Source: Octopus vulgaris (lineage: Eukaryota). Taken from it: a DNA stretch of 64,000 bases. A model generated the notes under the pieces. The model saw nothing but the letters and a program-made list of their open reading frames with translations, did not search any database and had not been told where the DNA came from. Within the stretch, counting starts at the first letter, position 1. Every line of letters begins with the position of its first letter. Positions 1 through 13,012 of the stretch are shown here, in pieces. Position numbers and translations under genes: made by a program. The DNA lies in NCBI GenBank assembly GCA_951406725.2, contig OX597821.1, positions 102,672,001-102,736,000 on the forward strand, read 5' to 3'.

Positions 1-526
1 ACTTACCACACACCCACTCCTGCGCCTCCCCAAATAATAATAATAATAATGATTTCATTTAATTGCCGCAGGGGCATCAGATGAAGGGAACATTACAAAG
101 GAAGTTTACAATTTGTGTGCGGGGTTGCATAGAGGATGAGGGGGAATACAGGAAGAGGAGTGTGAAATAAAATAAAATGATAATTGTGGTGGTAGTGGTG
201 GTGACGATGGTGGGGATGGTGGCGATGATATTATTAAATAAATACGCGAATAAATAAATAGATAGCAGGTTACATGCGTTGGTGTGTGCGAATTAGGCAG
301 CCATTGCTGACAGGTTCAAGCGACTGACTCCATAGAAAAAAAGGATCACTCGCTGCTTCGTTTATGCGTTTGGTTGTTGCTCTAAATGTTGGCACCGAGG
401 TTAATTTCTATTTGCGTTAAAAGGTGGGTGTACGTAATAATAATAATAATGATAATAAAAATAATAAAAGTAGTAGTAATAATAATAATAATAATAAAAA
501 TAATAATAATAATAAAGGTAATAATG

Positions 527-568
<42 letters not shown>

Positions 569-580
569 GTAGTAGTAGTA

Positions 581-619
<39 letters not shown>

Positions 620-740
620 GTAATAATAATAATAAAAGTAATAATAATAATAATAATAATAAAATAATAATAATAAAAGTAATAATAAAAGTAATAATAA
701 TAATAAAAGTAATAATAATAATAAAAGTAATAATAATAAT

Positions 741-773
<33 letters not shown>

Positions 774-774
<1 letters not shown>

Positions 775-859
775 GTACCAAGGCAGTGGCTCTAATAATA
801 ATAATAATAATAATAATAATTGGAAGTAATAATAATAATAATAATATGTTTTGTCTTGG

Positions 860-897
<38 letters not shown>

Positions 898-1360
898 CAA
901 CAATAATAATAATTGTCAGTTGTTTGACCTTAACCAGTTGAGCATGTACTTCTTATAAATAGATATACTGATATGATTGCACACCCGCAGCATAAGCAGG
1001 GTACGCGAAAGGGTGTGTGCGAGCATCAATGGAGATCGTTTGTGTGTGTGTGTGTGTGCTCACTTGTGCTCCGACGAATAATAAATATACCAACACAGGT
1101 AGACATTAAGACACATCCACACAGACACAGACACATACACAGACAGACAGACAGACAGACAGACACACACACACACAGACAGACAGACAGACACACACAC
1201 ACACGTATACACACACAGTCAAACACACGCACGCAATCATATATATACACACCCATTTGCAAGCATATGGCTGTGATGCATGTGCCTGGTGTACCTTTAT
1301 CAGACGGTACATGATGGGTATATTGGGCTTCGTATATTTTACCCCAGCATGCTCTCTCAT
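774..1360 (-). mobile_element. Fragmented inverted copy of the (TAA)n-embedded element at 2710-3238
   Basis: Pieces at about 776-793, 821-828, 846-863, 913-948 and 1265-1360 are reverse complements of successive parts of 2710-3238, in collinear order, separated by (AAT)n runs and other sequence. Confidence 0.7.
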
Positions 1361-1672
1361 GAGGAGGAGGAGGAGGAGGATAAGCAGAGATATATTCTAA
1401 TATATAGATATATGATATGATTGCACACCGCAGCATAAGCAGGGTATATCATGGAGATCGTTTGTGTGTGTGTGTGTGTGCTATTGTGCTCCGACGAATA
1501 ATAAATATACCAACACAAGTAGACATTAAGACACATCCACACAGACACAGACACAGACAGACAGACACACACACACACACACACAGACAGATATACATAC
1601 ACACACACGTATACACACACAGTCAAACACACGCACGCAATCATATATATACACACCCATTTGCAAGCATAT
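973..1672 (+). repeat. Local direct duplication, about 260-300 bp x2 (973-1268, 1417-1672)
   Basis: Both copies begin atgattgcacacc(c)gcagcataagcagggta and share ctccgacgaataataaatataccaacaca...acacccatttgcaagcatat. Confidence 0.9.
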
Positions 1673-1697
1673 ATAGACATATACATGCATGTATGAG

Positions 1698-1729
<32 letters not shown>

Positions 1730-1750
1730 GTGTGTGTGTGTGTGTGTATC

Positions 1751-1798
<48 letters not shown>

Positions 1799-1979
1799 GC
1801 TATCTATTTACATACACATATAGATACGCACATATATACACAAATATACACACATACTCACATACATATATGCGTAACGTTAAGTTGTGTTGGTATACCT
1901 AAAGCCTTTATCTATGCATTACCGTCTGGCTGTCTACATTTGCAATACACCTATGTCGGTAGATACGAATATGTATGTA

Positions 1980-2044
<65 letters not shown>

Positions 2045-2058
2045 TGTGCGTGTGTGTG

Positions 2059-2103
<45 letters not shown>

Positions 2104-2202
2104 ATATACATATATCCACTAATGTTATATCGCCTGAAGAAATGAATCAATAATGATGATCAACCGGATGCTCACCGATACTACGGACTACGGACTTTTA
2201 TT

Positions 2203-2434
2203 AAGGCGGCGAGCTGGCAGAGACGTTAGCACGCCGGGCGAAATGCTTAGCGGTATTTCGTCTGCGTTACGTTTTGAGTTCAAATTCCGCCGAGGTCGAC
2301 TTTGCCTTTCATCCTTTCGGGGTCGATAAATTAAGTACCAGTTACGCACTGGGGTCAATCTAATCGACTTAATACCTATGTCTGTCCTTGTTTGTCCCCT
2401 CTGTGTTTAGCTCCTTGTGGGTAATAAAGAAATA
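2203..2434 (+). mobile_element. tRNA-derived SINE family A with Nin/Deu-like core, full length with TSD
   Basis: A-box-like GGCGAGCTGGCAG and B-box GAGTTCAAATTCC, core GCCTTTCATCCTTTCGGGGTCGATAAA. gatactacggactac is duplicated at 2177-2191 and 2435-2449. Confidence 0.9.
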
Positions 2435-2587
2435 GATACTACGGACTACACTGTAATCAGCCCAGGAATAGGGACCGGGATATTAAAAGTCATTTGGTCT
2501 GCCGAAACACGGGTAGTGATTCATTAAATGTTTGTAAATTCCATCCTAGGCTTATTATTATCATTATTATTATTATTATTGTTATTA

Positions 2588-2618
<31 letters not shown>

Positions 2619-2623
2619 TATTA

Positions 2624-2709
<86 letters not shown>

Positions 2710-3238
2710 GAGTGAGAGTGCAGTGTATGCCATCAAAGTGACATTGGGGTAAAATATACGAAGCCCAGTTTACACATCATGACTACTCGTCTGATAAGGG
2801 TACACAAGGCACATGCATCACAACCATATGTGCGTGAGATGGTGATTTCATATCAAGATAAATAGCAGATGGAGCCCAGTTAGAATTGTCTTCAGGTGAG
2901 TAGCCCATCTCACTCAAAAGGTTGTTTAAGAATGTTGAACGAAACACCCATGTTTTCTAGAGGTGAATTATTAAAACCCCAAAGAATTCCTCTCAACACA
3001 TGGCTATGATTCTCCCCCACTACTTCTGCTCTTTGTCAGAGATGCACATATCGTCAGCCATAAAGGGTCAAGCTCAACTGGTTATGTTCAAACAACTGAC
3101 AAGCAAGTCTGTGGTATTGAGTAGAATATTTGTTGTAGCCCATCTTTTATACCAAGACAAATCAATGTACATGATAACACTTCCAATCAGTTAAAATGAG
3201 ATGCCAGAAAAACCACTGCCTGGTACTGCACCAGGGCA
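2710..3238 (+). mobile_element. Non-coding interspersed element embedded in (ATT)n
   Basis: Unique-looking 530-bp block flanked on both sides by (ATT)n, with a second inverted copy at 774-1360. Confidence 0.65.
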
Positions 3239-3509
3239 TTATTATTCTTATTATTTTTATTCACCTTCTTCTTCTTCTTCTTCTTCTTCTTCTTCTTCTT
3301 CTTCACCACACACACACACACTCATACAGAAATGCACATATTTGCATAAAAGTCAGCGTATGCATATTATATATGTATACATATATATATATATGTATAC
3401 ATACATATGTATATATATATATATATATATATTCCCCCCTCTTCTCCCCCTCCCCCTCTTCTCCTCACTACACCACCTGACTTTACACATCACATCACAT
3501 ATGATGTGC

Positions 3510-3850
3510 CATACTAATACACACACCAACTAATACATACTAATACGTACTAATACATACTAGTACATACTAATACTTACACCAACCCTATACATACACA
3601 CGTCCAGACCCCGCATACGCACTTATACTCTCTCACACACACACACACACACTATACATACCAATACGTACTAATACATACTAATACATACTAATACATA
3701 CACCAACCCCATACATACGCACGTCCAGACCAATCCTACGCACTAATACTCTCTCATACACACACACACACACACACACCCCCTTATACATACTAATACA
3801 TACACCAACCCTATACATACACACATCCAGACCCCTCCCACGCACTTTTA
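3510..3850 (+). repeat. Degenerate tandem repeat (about 3 units of 110-130 bp) built on ACTAATACAT
   Basis: Recurrent actaatacatacaccaacccYatacatacRcacRtccagacc...cgcact. Confidence 0.75.
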
Positions 3851-3939
3851 GCTGGTCCCTCAACCCTTTTATCAACCCTATTATCTTCCCTTATTTCGCT
3901 CTCGCGTCTCATGTTTGATCTTTGACCTCTGGCCGAAAT

Positions 3940-4153
3940 CAGATCGCCATGTTGATTCGTTAGCTACTGCACGCATTTTTTTTCTCTCCTTCTTTCTGTG
4001 TTTTTCTCTCTCTGTGTATCTTTCTGTTGAAGAGCGTAGGCTCGAAACGTTAAAGACTTGTTTTATTTATATTTCCTGAGCGCCATACTAATACAATTGT
4101 TCGTTTGTTTTCCACCTGCCTTCGTCTTTTGTTTATTTTCATAAAGCTTCCCG

Positions 4154-4155
<2 letters not shown>
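3940..4155 (+). mobile_element. Penelope-like pseudo-LTR fragment containing a variant minimal hammerhead (4019-4056)
   Basis: TCTTT-CTGTTGA-A-GAGC(GTAG)GCTC-GAAACGT-T-AAAGA. Homologous blocks at 55830-55995 and 59728-59870 on the minus strand. Abuts (TA)n. Confidence 0.6.
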
Positions 4156-4207
<52 letters not shown>

Positions 4208-4295
4208 TATATATATATAAATAAATATATATATTTATATATATATTATATATATGTATACTTATGTGTATAGTTATATATATATACATATATAC

Positions 4296-4351
<56 letters not shown>

Positions 4352-4458
4352 TCATAAATGAGGGTGAAAAATTAGATATTAATTTAATAATACCATCAGT
4401 TTAACACCAAGTGGCCTAGCACATAAAAACCAAGGAGAAAATACAAATTTATACGTAA

Positions 4459-4865
4459 ATATAAGAGAGTTACCGTTAAGTGTTTAACTCTAGTGCTAAA
4501 AATAGCTCCTTATTCTGGTATAGCTACCGAAGTTGTTTCCACAAAGAAATAACATTACCTTCAACATAAGGAAAGTGAAATACAACGAAAAGATAGATTA
4601 ATGCTGAACAATTGCTTCTTTATCAATATAATATGCAATTATACTCACATATTTATCTATAAATCATCAGCAGCATTTGTCTTCGATACAATTTATTAGA
4701 CCCTCACGGGCGAAAAATACCCATGTGGTCCAATCGATTGCATACATAGTTGTGATTTAGATTCCCCGCCAAAAGCATGGTAAGACTTAGTGGAAACGAA
4801 TGGCTATACCAGAATAAGGAGCTATTTTTAGCACTAGAGTTAACCACTTAACGGTAACTCTCTTA

Positions 4866-4867
<2 letters not shown>
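4459..4867. repeat. Inverted repeat, about 67-bp arms with about 275-bp spacer
   Basis: 4459-4525 (atataagagagttaccgttaagtg...ctggtatagc) is the reverse complement of 4803-4867, with about one mismatch. Confidence 0.85.
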
Positions 4868-4907
<40 letters not shown>

Positions 4908-5089
4908 TCAGGTATACTTACATGGAGATATATGTAAATATGGGATCTATACATATACATACGCACAAACATGCAACACGTGTCTTCTAAAGAAGAGATA
5001 ATGTCTACTAGATATGATCTTCCCATTAAGCAGAATGCGATGAGCAGAACAGTCTGGAACTGAATAAAGAAAGAAAATGGCAAGAATGT

Positions 5090-5420
5090 CGACTGGGAGG
5101 GTCAAAAGAATATTGGTGCTTCTTAAAAATTCAAACAGCCACCAAGTTAAAACATAAGTAAGCGGACGGGTATTGTGTTACACCATAAGAAAAATATATG
5201 CTCTATTGAGGAAATTAGCAGTTCTCTGGACATCAAAGTAGTGAAAAAAATACAAGAGAAAGAGGACATTTATGGACCACTGATGTGGAGTTTGTAAATT
5301 CAAGAACCAAGATACAATTTTAGCTTCACTCATACCTGTTATTATTGGAACAACAGGATACGTACCAGTCACTCTAGAGTAATGTATCACTGAACTTGGG
5401 TTCTTAGGCGAGAGAATGCA
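5090..5420 (+). pseudogene. Decayed C-terminus of an RLE (R2-superfamily) non-LTR retrotransposon
   Basis: Frameshifted translation EYWCFLKIQTATKLKHK*AD / IVLHHKKNICSIEEISSSLDIKVVKKIQEKEDIYGPL / IPVIIGTTGYVPVTLE*CITELGF fits the PD-(D/E)xK restriction-like endonuclease tail pattern (HNxPD, EK..Y..L, PVIIGxxG). Confidence 0.75.
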
Positions 5421-5529
5421 ACTTTTTAATTCGTGCACTAAAAATGATCACAATATCTATGATAATAAATACCTAAGATGAAATAAATCTGTGAGACCTT
5501 CTTAAGATTCTAAGGATGAAGGAAGATTT

Positions 5530-5762
5530 AAGGCGGCGAGCTGGCAGAAACGTTAGCACGCCGGGCGAAATGCTTAGCGGTATTTCGTCTGCCATTACGT
5601 TCTGAGTTCAAATTCCGCCGTGGTCGACTTTGCCTTTCATCCTTTCGGGGTCGATAAATTAAGTACCCGTTATGCGCTGGAGTCGATGTAATCGACTTAA
5701 TCCGTTTGTCTGTCCTTGTTTGTCTACTCTGTATTTAGCCCCTTGTGGGTAGTAAAGAAATA
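5530..5762 (+). mobile_element. SINE family A, full length with TSD
   Basis: Near-identical to 2203-2434. taagattctaaggatga is duplicated on both flanks (5503-5519, 5761-5777). Confidence 0.9.
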
Positions 5763-6489
5763 AGATTCTAAGGATGATGAACAAAAGAAGAAAGTGGCAG
5801 GTCAAAATTAACTACAAGTTAAGAAAAGAAAAGGCAACCATACATATACGTACGTACATACATCGTCGAAGACGACGTATGAGCATTTTGCCGAAGGACC
5901 TGCACAAATGATTAGTTTATAGAGATCAAAAGTTCGTGCCGCACATTAGCTCCCTCTCTCCATCCATTCGACGAGGCGCTCGGTGCAGCACGTGTCAAGT
6001 GTCAAAGTGGTCGTCGAGCAACGTCAGATGAAATGTTTTGCTTAACAACACCACGCTCCACTCAGCCTAGGCTATCAGATCCCCCTACATATCGCTCACT
6101 GCAATTCCACTCGTCCCTTCATTGCGTCTTCGTACGTTTCGAGTAGAATTGTCTTTCCATTGTCTTCAAAGTCTTTTGGCATGTTTTTTTCTGATCTCTT
6201 CGACAATTCCCCCGAGATTAGCTGCCGCTTTAGAGTGAGTATTGCGGCTTGTCCGGAAATTTTGCTTTCAATACTTTACGATCGCAGCGGTCACTCTACA
6301 CTTTTATTGAAATTACCTCGTTTCAGATATGGACCCCAACAATAGTATTTCTTGCATGGACCATTCCTTGACACCCTCTACTGTAGCATGTGACTGTTCG
6401 TCATTCTTCGTACAAGCACATATACACGCATGTATATATATACACACGTGTCTATCCATCCATCCATCTATCCATCCATCCATCCATCC

Positions 6490-6607
<118 letters not shown>

Positions 6608-6773
6608 ATACGTGCCACTGCATGAAACTCTCGACCCTTCAGTCTGTCTATAACTTCTGCCGATTATTAGCAATATACATACATACATATATATATTTAT
6701 ATATATATATACATACATACATATACATATATATACATACATGCATATATATACATATATATATATATACATA

Positions 6774-6913
<140 letters not shown>

Positions 6914-7797
6914 ACTTTTCACTGACACAAATGCCAGCAGAAAACTCACCAGGCTCTTCCAATAACTAAGCACAAGAAAACACAAAACACACACACACAC
7001 GCTAACACACCTGTTTACGTCACACCAACGCCGGCTGTTATTTCAGACGAAATTCTATATAACATAGTGCCAATCTATCCCCCACCATTCTATATAACAA
7101 GGCAGGCAAAGAGCACTACGTACAACCCTCCCACACACGCATACATCTCTGTATATCTCTTTGCGTGTGAGCGTTATTTCTTACATACATATACAACTAA
7201 CGTGACGCACGTTTCCATAGATGAAGTTATGTATATTTCTGCATTCATTGGATCATTTTACAATCAAATACATTAGCGTCTTCAGACGTCGCCGCAGTAA
7301 ACATTTCAGTTGTTTAGACGGCATACATATATTAGATAAATAAATGTCAATGTATGATCATATGCGAGTGTGTGTGCACTACACGTCTATATGCTTGTGG
7401 GTGCGTGCGCTTATATATGCAAAAACATACGCACATTCATTCTTATAGAAGACATATATACATATATAGATATACATGTGTGTGTATGTATGAATATATA
7501 TGTATATATGTATATGTGTGTGTATGTATGAATATATATGTATATATGTATATGCACGAGCAAGACGCTCACCCCCGTCCAAAGGACGGTGCTGAGTTGT
7601 CGAACATTTATACCAAATTTTCTCAAAACAACTTGTCCGAACGTCCCATTTTGTGGCATTATTTCAAGCCAGCAGGCTTTTTTTTTGCGCAAACTCCACG
7701 TGCATTTTTCTCGCGTACGCGTAGTATCGATCGCAACAGCTGATATACTTGCGCGTACAAATGCACGTTCCCACGGCTTTATCTATCGTATTCTCAC

Positions 7798-7875
7798 CTG
7801 GAATCGATTTTTGTAATTTCTCAAGACTTGTACACGCCCTGATACCGTCGAATCGGATGGAGGATGCCCGAGATC
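7798..7875 (-). CDS. Candidate 78-nt phase-0/phase-0 internal exon (DLGHPPSDSTVSGRVQVLRNYKNRFQ)
   Basis: Polypyrimidine tract tatccgttctgtctgtctctctgtgtgtcttcTAG| followed by 26 open codons and CAG|GTGAGA. Same strand and phase as the donor at 22452, and lies in a CpG-retaining unique island. No recognisable homology. Confidence 0.4.
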
Positions 7876-7945
7876 CTAGAAGACACACAGAGAGACAGAC
7901 AGAACGGATAATATGTATGTCTCTCTCTCTCTCTCTCTCCCGCTC

Positions 7946-7982
<37 letters not shown>

Positions 7983-8209
7983 TTCTCTCTCTATATATAT
8001 ACATATACATACATATATATATGTATACATAGACACACACACTCACTTACACACACACACACACACATATATATAGCGTCAAACTAATACAGCTTGTTGT
8101 TCCCTCACTTGCCCGTCTCGTTTTATTTTCTATACAATTTTGAGCCGTACAAAGACACACACAGAAACACACACACACACACACATACATATGTATATAT
8201 ATATACATG

Positions 8210-8267
<58 letters not shown>

Positions 8268-8269
8268 CA

Positions 8270-8310
<41 letters not shown>

Positions 8311-8375
8311 TAACAAATATATACAATGTACACACATCCACAGATATATTCTCTCTCTCTCTCTCTGTCTCACTC

Positions 8376-8439
<64 letters not shown>

Positions 8440-8454
8440 TCTGTTTAAATATAT

Positions 8455-8485
<31 letters not shown>

Positions 8486-8564
8486 CACACATATATACAT
8501 CTGTATATATACATATATATATATACATATACACACACACACATATATATATATATATATGCAC

Positions 8565-8599
<35 letters not shown>

Positions 8600-8912
8600 T
8601 GTATGTATGTATGTATGTATGTATGTATGTATGTACGTACGTATGTACGTATGTATGTATGTATGTATGTATGTATGTATGTATGTATGTATGTATGTAT
8701 GTATGTATATATACTCTATCGGTAGACGACATAATGAAAAAAAACACACCAAAACAAACGGGTTTAATCAGTATTTCACCTCATTTCCTTCGAAAAAATT
8801 GAAAGACTTTTTTTTACATCTGTACTTAGATGCATAATACAATGATACATCCATTATTTCTGATTAATTCTTCTTTCTATCATTAACAACTCACACATAC
8901 ACACACACAAAA

Positions 8913-9069
<157 letters not shown>

Positions 9070-9275
9070 CATACATATACGCATACATATACAAATATAA
9101 TCATTGGTTCAGTAGAATATAGTTTTGAAAATGAATAAGAATGGCTTTTCTGATAATATTTTTTTTCCATTTTAATGATTTGATGTTTATAAAAGGTTAG
9201 ATGTTTACAAATAACGATTTGTAAACATCGAAGCATTAAAGTGGAAAAAAACATTATCAAGATCATTCTTATTCA

Positions 9276-9355
<80 letters not shown>

Positions 9356-9388
9356 TAACACACACGCACACATACACAGACACACACT

Positions 9389-9421
<33 letters not shown>

Positions 9422-9584
9422 GCACACACAATTATATACCTATTACTTGTTACTTGTGCGCAGTCACTGGCTTGTGGTCATGCTGGAGCGACGCCTTGAA
9501 GGTGCTCCAGCATGACCGTCTTAGTTGAACAAATCAATCCCAGTATTTATTTATATATTTATATAATTATTGTTTTTTGGTATA

Positions 9585-9809
9585 CTCTTTTACTCTTTTA
9601 GTTGTTTCAGTCATTTGACTGCGGCCATGCTGGAGCACCGCCTTTATTCGAGCAAATCGACCCCAGGACTTATTCTTTGTAAGCCTAGTACTTATTCTGT
9701 CGGTCTCTTTTGCCGAACCGCTAAGTTACGAGGACGTAAACACACCAGCATCGGTTGTCAAGCGATGTTGTGGGGGAAAACACAGACACACAAACACATA
9801 CACACACAC

Positions 9810-9860
<51 letters not shown>

Positions 9861-10029
9861 TTATACCACGGGCTTCTTTCAGTTTCCGTCTACCAAATCT
9901 ACTCATAAAACTTTGGTCGGCCCGAAGCTATAGTAGAAGTCACTTGCCCAAGGTGCCATGCAGTGGGACTGAACCTGGAACCATGTGGCTGGTAAGCAAG
10001 CTACTTACCACACAGCCATTCCTGCGCCT
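9585..10029 (-). mobile_element. tRNA-derived SINE family B with internal (TA)/(CA) microsatellite
   Basis: Head GGCGCAGGAxTGGCTGTGTGGTAAG...GGTTCAGTCCC, internal microsatellite, 3' GGCCGCAGTCAAATGACTGAAACAAxTAAAAGAG repeats. Confidence 0.9.
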
Positions 10030-10144
10030 ATATTAATTATTCTATAAGTATTCTTTTGTCGAACCACTTAGTCACGTTGAGTTGAACCAACGTCACTTGT
10101 CAATCAGTGGGACATACAAAACCATAAAATTACCCACACACGCA

Positions 10145-10213
<69 letters not shown>

Positions 10214-10421
10214 TTACGCATACTCATATACAAATGTACACGTATATACATATACACATATCTGTGAAACACACGTTGAAACATTTTGTATGCTGTTTAT
10301 TTAATACTGTTTCATATATATTGCATTATTTTCTTTTTGCAGATTCTTGGAATTATTGTACTTCGAAGTCCCACACTTCATGTTAAAAGAATTTTCGTTC
10401 ATTTCGTTATTATTGTTATTA

Positions 10422-10466
<45 letters not shown>

Positions 10467-10979
10467 GCATACCTGCTAACGGAAATTATGATTTTGAAAA
10501 ATTTCGATTTTTTAACATTATTGTTCGTCCCTCACCTCTGTACTCTTTTTCTTGCCCATGAAGAATGGAACTTCGAAGGGCTGTTATTCCAAAACTTCGC
10601 CCAAACATTTTTTTTTCTATGTTTGTAAAAATATATTCAATCAACACAATTGAAGAGAATGACAGGGTATCAATGACAATAAAAACAACGAAAGTAACAA
10701 CAGCGACAACATTATTATGACCACCACCGCCACAAAAACAACAACATCAACAAGCTTCTCAATCAGAACACAACCGTCCCTACCGCAACAGACACAAAAC
10801 CATCATCGCAGCGAACAGCGACTAAAATTATGATGATGACGACGACGACGACGACGGTCGACGATGACAACGACGACGCGTACGATGATGGCTGACGATG
10901 ACGATGACAACAACAACAACACCGACGACAACAGCAGACAATGCCGAAGCTCATGACCGCGACCGCGCCGCCGCCGCCG

Positions 10980-11028
<49 letters not shown>

Positions 11029-11069
11029 CTCGATCATCATCATCATGTTTAGTACTCTTACTGCCGTTA

Positions 11070-11665
11070 AGGAAAATACCCATTAGACAAGGTTGTACCT
11101 AGAGGGAAATCCTTATTAGACAATACAGCCCTTCGTAAGGGGAAATCCCTATTAGACTATCTTATCCCATATATAGGGAAATCCCTATGGGACAATGTAG
11201 TTCTTCGTAAAGGGAAATCCCTATTAGAGAATCGTCTTGGGACTCCGTCGGTTACAATGACGAGGGTTCCAGTTGATCCGATCAATGGAACAGCCTGCTC
11301 GTGAAATTAACGTGCAAGTGGCTGAGCATTCCACAGACACGTGTATCCTTAACATAGTTCTAAGGGAGATTTAGCGTGGCTCAGAGTGTGACAAGGCTGG
11401 CCCTTTGAAATACGGGTACAACAGAAACAGGAAGAAAGAGTGAGAGAAAGTTGTGGTGAAGGAGTACAGCAGGATTCGCCACCACCCCCTGCCGGAGCCT
11501 CGTGGAGCTTTAGGTGTTTTCACTTAATAAACACTCACAACACCCGGTCTGGGAATCGAAACCGCGATCCTAGGACCACGAGTCCGCTGCCTTAACCAAC
11601 GGGCCATCGCGCCTCCACATTAAACAATACAGTCCCTCGTAAAGGGAGATCGCTATCAGACATTG
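11070..11665 (+). repeat. 36-bp minisatellite with GGGAAATCCC core, split by a SINE
   Basis: Cores at 11104, 11140, 11176 and 11212 (exact 36-bp period), with degenerate units at 11070 and 11644. Confidence 0.85.
11236..11618 (-). mobile_element. tRNA-derived SINE family C
   Basis: Head GTGGAGGCGCGATGGCCCGTTGGTTAAGGCAGCGGACTCG...GGTTTCGATTCCC. Homologous to 38520-38903. Confidence 0.85.
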
Positions 11666-11872
11666 CAGTCGTACATAACCACTTAACAAGGTTATGATGT
11701 AGTATCAGAGGCGAAGGGCATTTGGACATAGATCTACTGTCATGGATTGGAGCAAGGAACAGGAAACGTACGTACAATAACAACAACAACAACAACAATA
11801 GCTAGAGCATTTGTATGAACAGCATCAATATAACCCGGGGGTTCTCAACCATTATTTTTATCTATGCACCCC

Positions 11873-12291
11873 GGATCTTTTCGGTTTGACCGGCAGTTTT
11901 TTCTATTGGTGTCATAATAAATTGTCACCCATAATTATGACCCTAGTATCGATCTATTGTATTTGAATCTGTTTTAGGGTTAGGGTTCGGGGTGGGGGTA
12001 AGGGTATCTTTTTTTCTTCAGAAATGTAAATAAACCCAATCTGTTTCTAAAACGAGGGACATATTCATACGGCACAGAATGTTTTCACCTCAATAGACAT
12101 CATTGATTGGTTGAAATTGCAGAAATTGAAGAAAAAAAAACAATAAATATCTTACAAACTATAGAATTTTCTCAATAAAGCCAAGAGAAAAAGATGTTTT
12201 ATAAACACATTCTACAAGTATACGAAGTTTAAAAGTGTTTAGTTACGTGGAAATTATTTAAAAAAAACTGCCGGTCAAACCGAAAAGATCC
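11873..12291. mobile_element. MITE with perfect 30-bp TIRs and 8-bp TSD (Merlin- or hAT-type)
   Basis: TIR GGATCTTTTCGGTTTGACCGGCAGTTTTTT at both ends. TSD TGCACCCC at 11865-11872 and 12292-12299. Confidence 0.92.
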
Positions 12292-12709
12292 TGCACCCCT
12301 TTGATTACTATCTTATTCTCGTGGACACCTATAGACATTCGATATTTATAAACTAGTTTTATGGAAACTTCTTTCAAAATTGCTATTTTAATTTTTACAC
12401 ATTAACTTGTGTAGGTCGAACTATGTAAAATGTTGGAGAAGGAAACGAAGCTGTTTCTTTTCTACTCTAAGCACGAGGCCCGAAATTTTCGGGGAGGGGT
12501 CCAGTCGATTAGATCGACCCAGTACGCAACTGGTACTTAATTAATCGACCCCGAAAGGATGAAAGGCAAAGTCGACCTCGGCGGAATTTGAACTCAGAAC
12601 GTAAATTTAAAACCAATACATTATAATCTACAAGTTTTTAAAGTAAATATTCTATTTCTTTAAATTACCTTTTAAACGCGCACATACTTTGGTGAAGGAA
12701 TATTGTATA

Positions 12710-13012
12710 TGAGGTCGTGAGTTCAATTCCCGGATCGGGATGTGAGATGTGCTCTTGAGCAAGACACTCTATTTCACGTTGCTCCAGTTCACTCAGTTGT
12801 AGGAATGAGCTGTGACGTTACTGGTGCCAAGGTGTATCGGCCCCTTTGCCTTTCCCTTGGATTAACATCGGTGACGTGGAGAGGAGAGGATAGTACACAT
12901 GGGCGACTGCTGGTCTTCCATAAACAATCTTGTCCGAACTTATGCCTGGGAGGGGAACGTTCTAGGTGCAATTCCATGGTCATTCAAGACCGAATGACAT
13001 CTTCACCCTTTA
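12710..13012 (+). mobile_element. SINE family D (tRNA head plus distinct tail)
   Basis: B-box GAGTTCAATTCCC, then cttgagcaagacactc, tail actggtgccaag...gggcgactgctggtcttcc. Homologues at 30855-31140 (-) and 35010-35120. Confidence 0.75.

Noticed and set aside
6100-6420. Unique-looking segment tested as a further esterase exon
   Set aside because: All three minus-strand frames contain stops and no esterase motif is visible; possibly an old retroelement scrap.
10525-10610. Minus-strand peptide LHGQEKEY resembling LHGEKEV of exon 1, with a GTGAGG donor
   Set aside because: Match too short, wrong phase, no acceptor; likely chance.
11070-11230. CRISPR-like repeat/spacer pattern
   Set aside because: The spacers are only about 17 nt and resemble each other, there are no cas genes, and the context is eukaryotic; it is a minisatellite.
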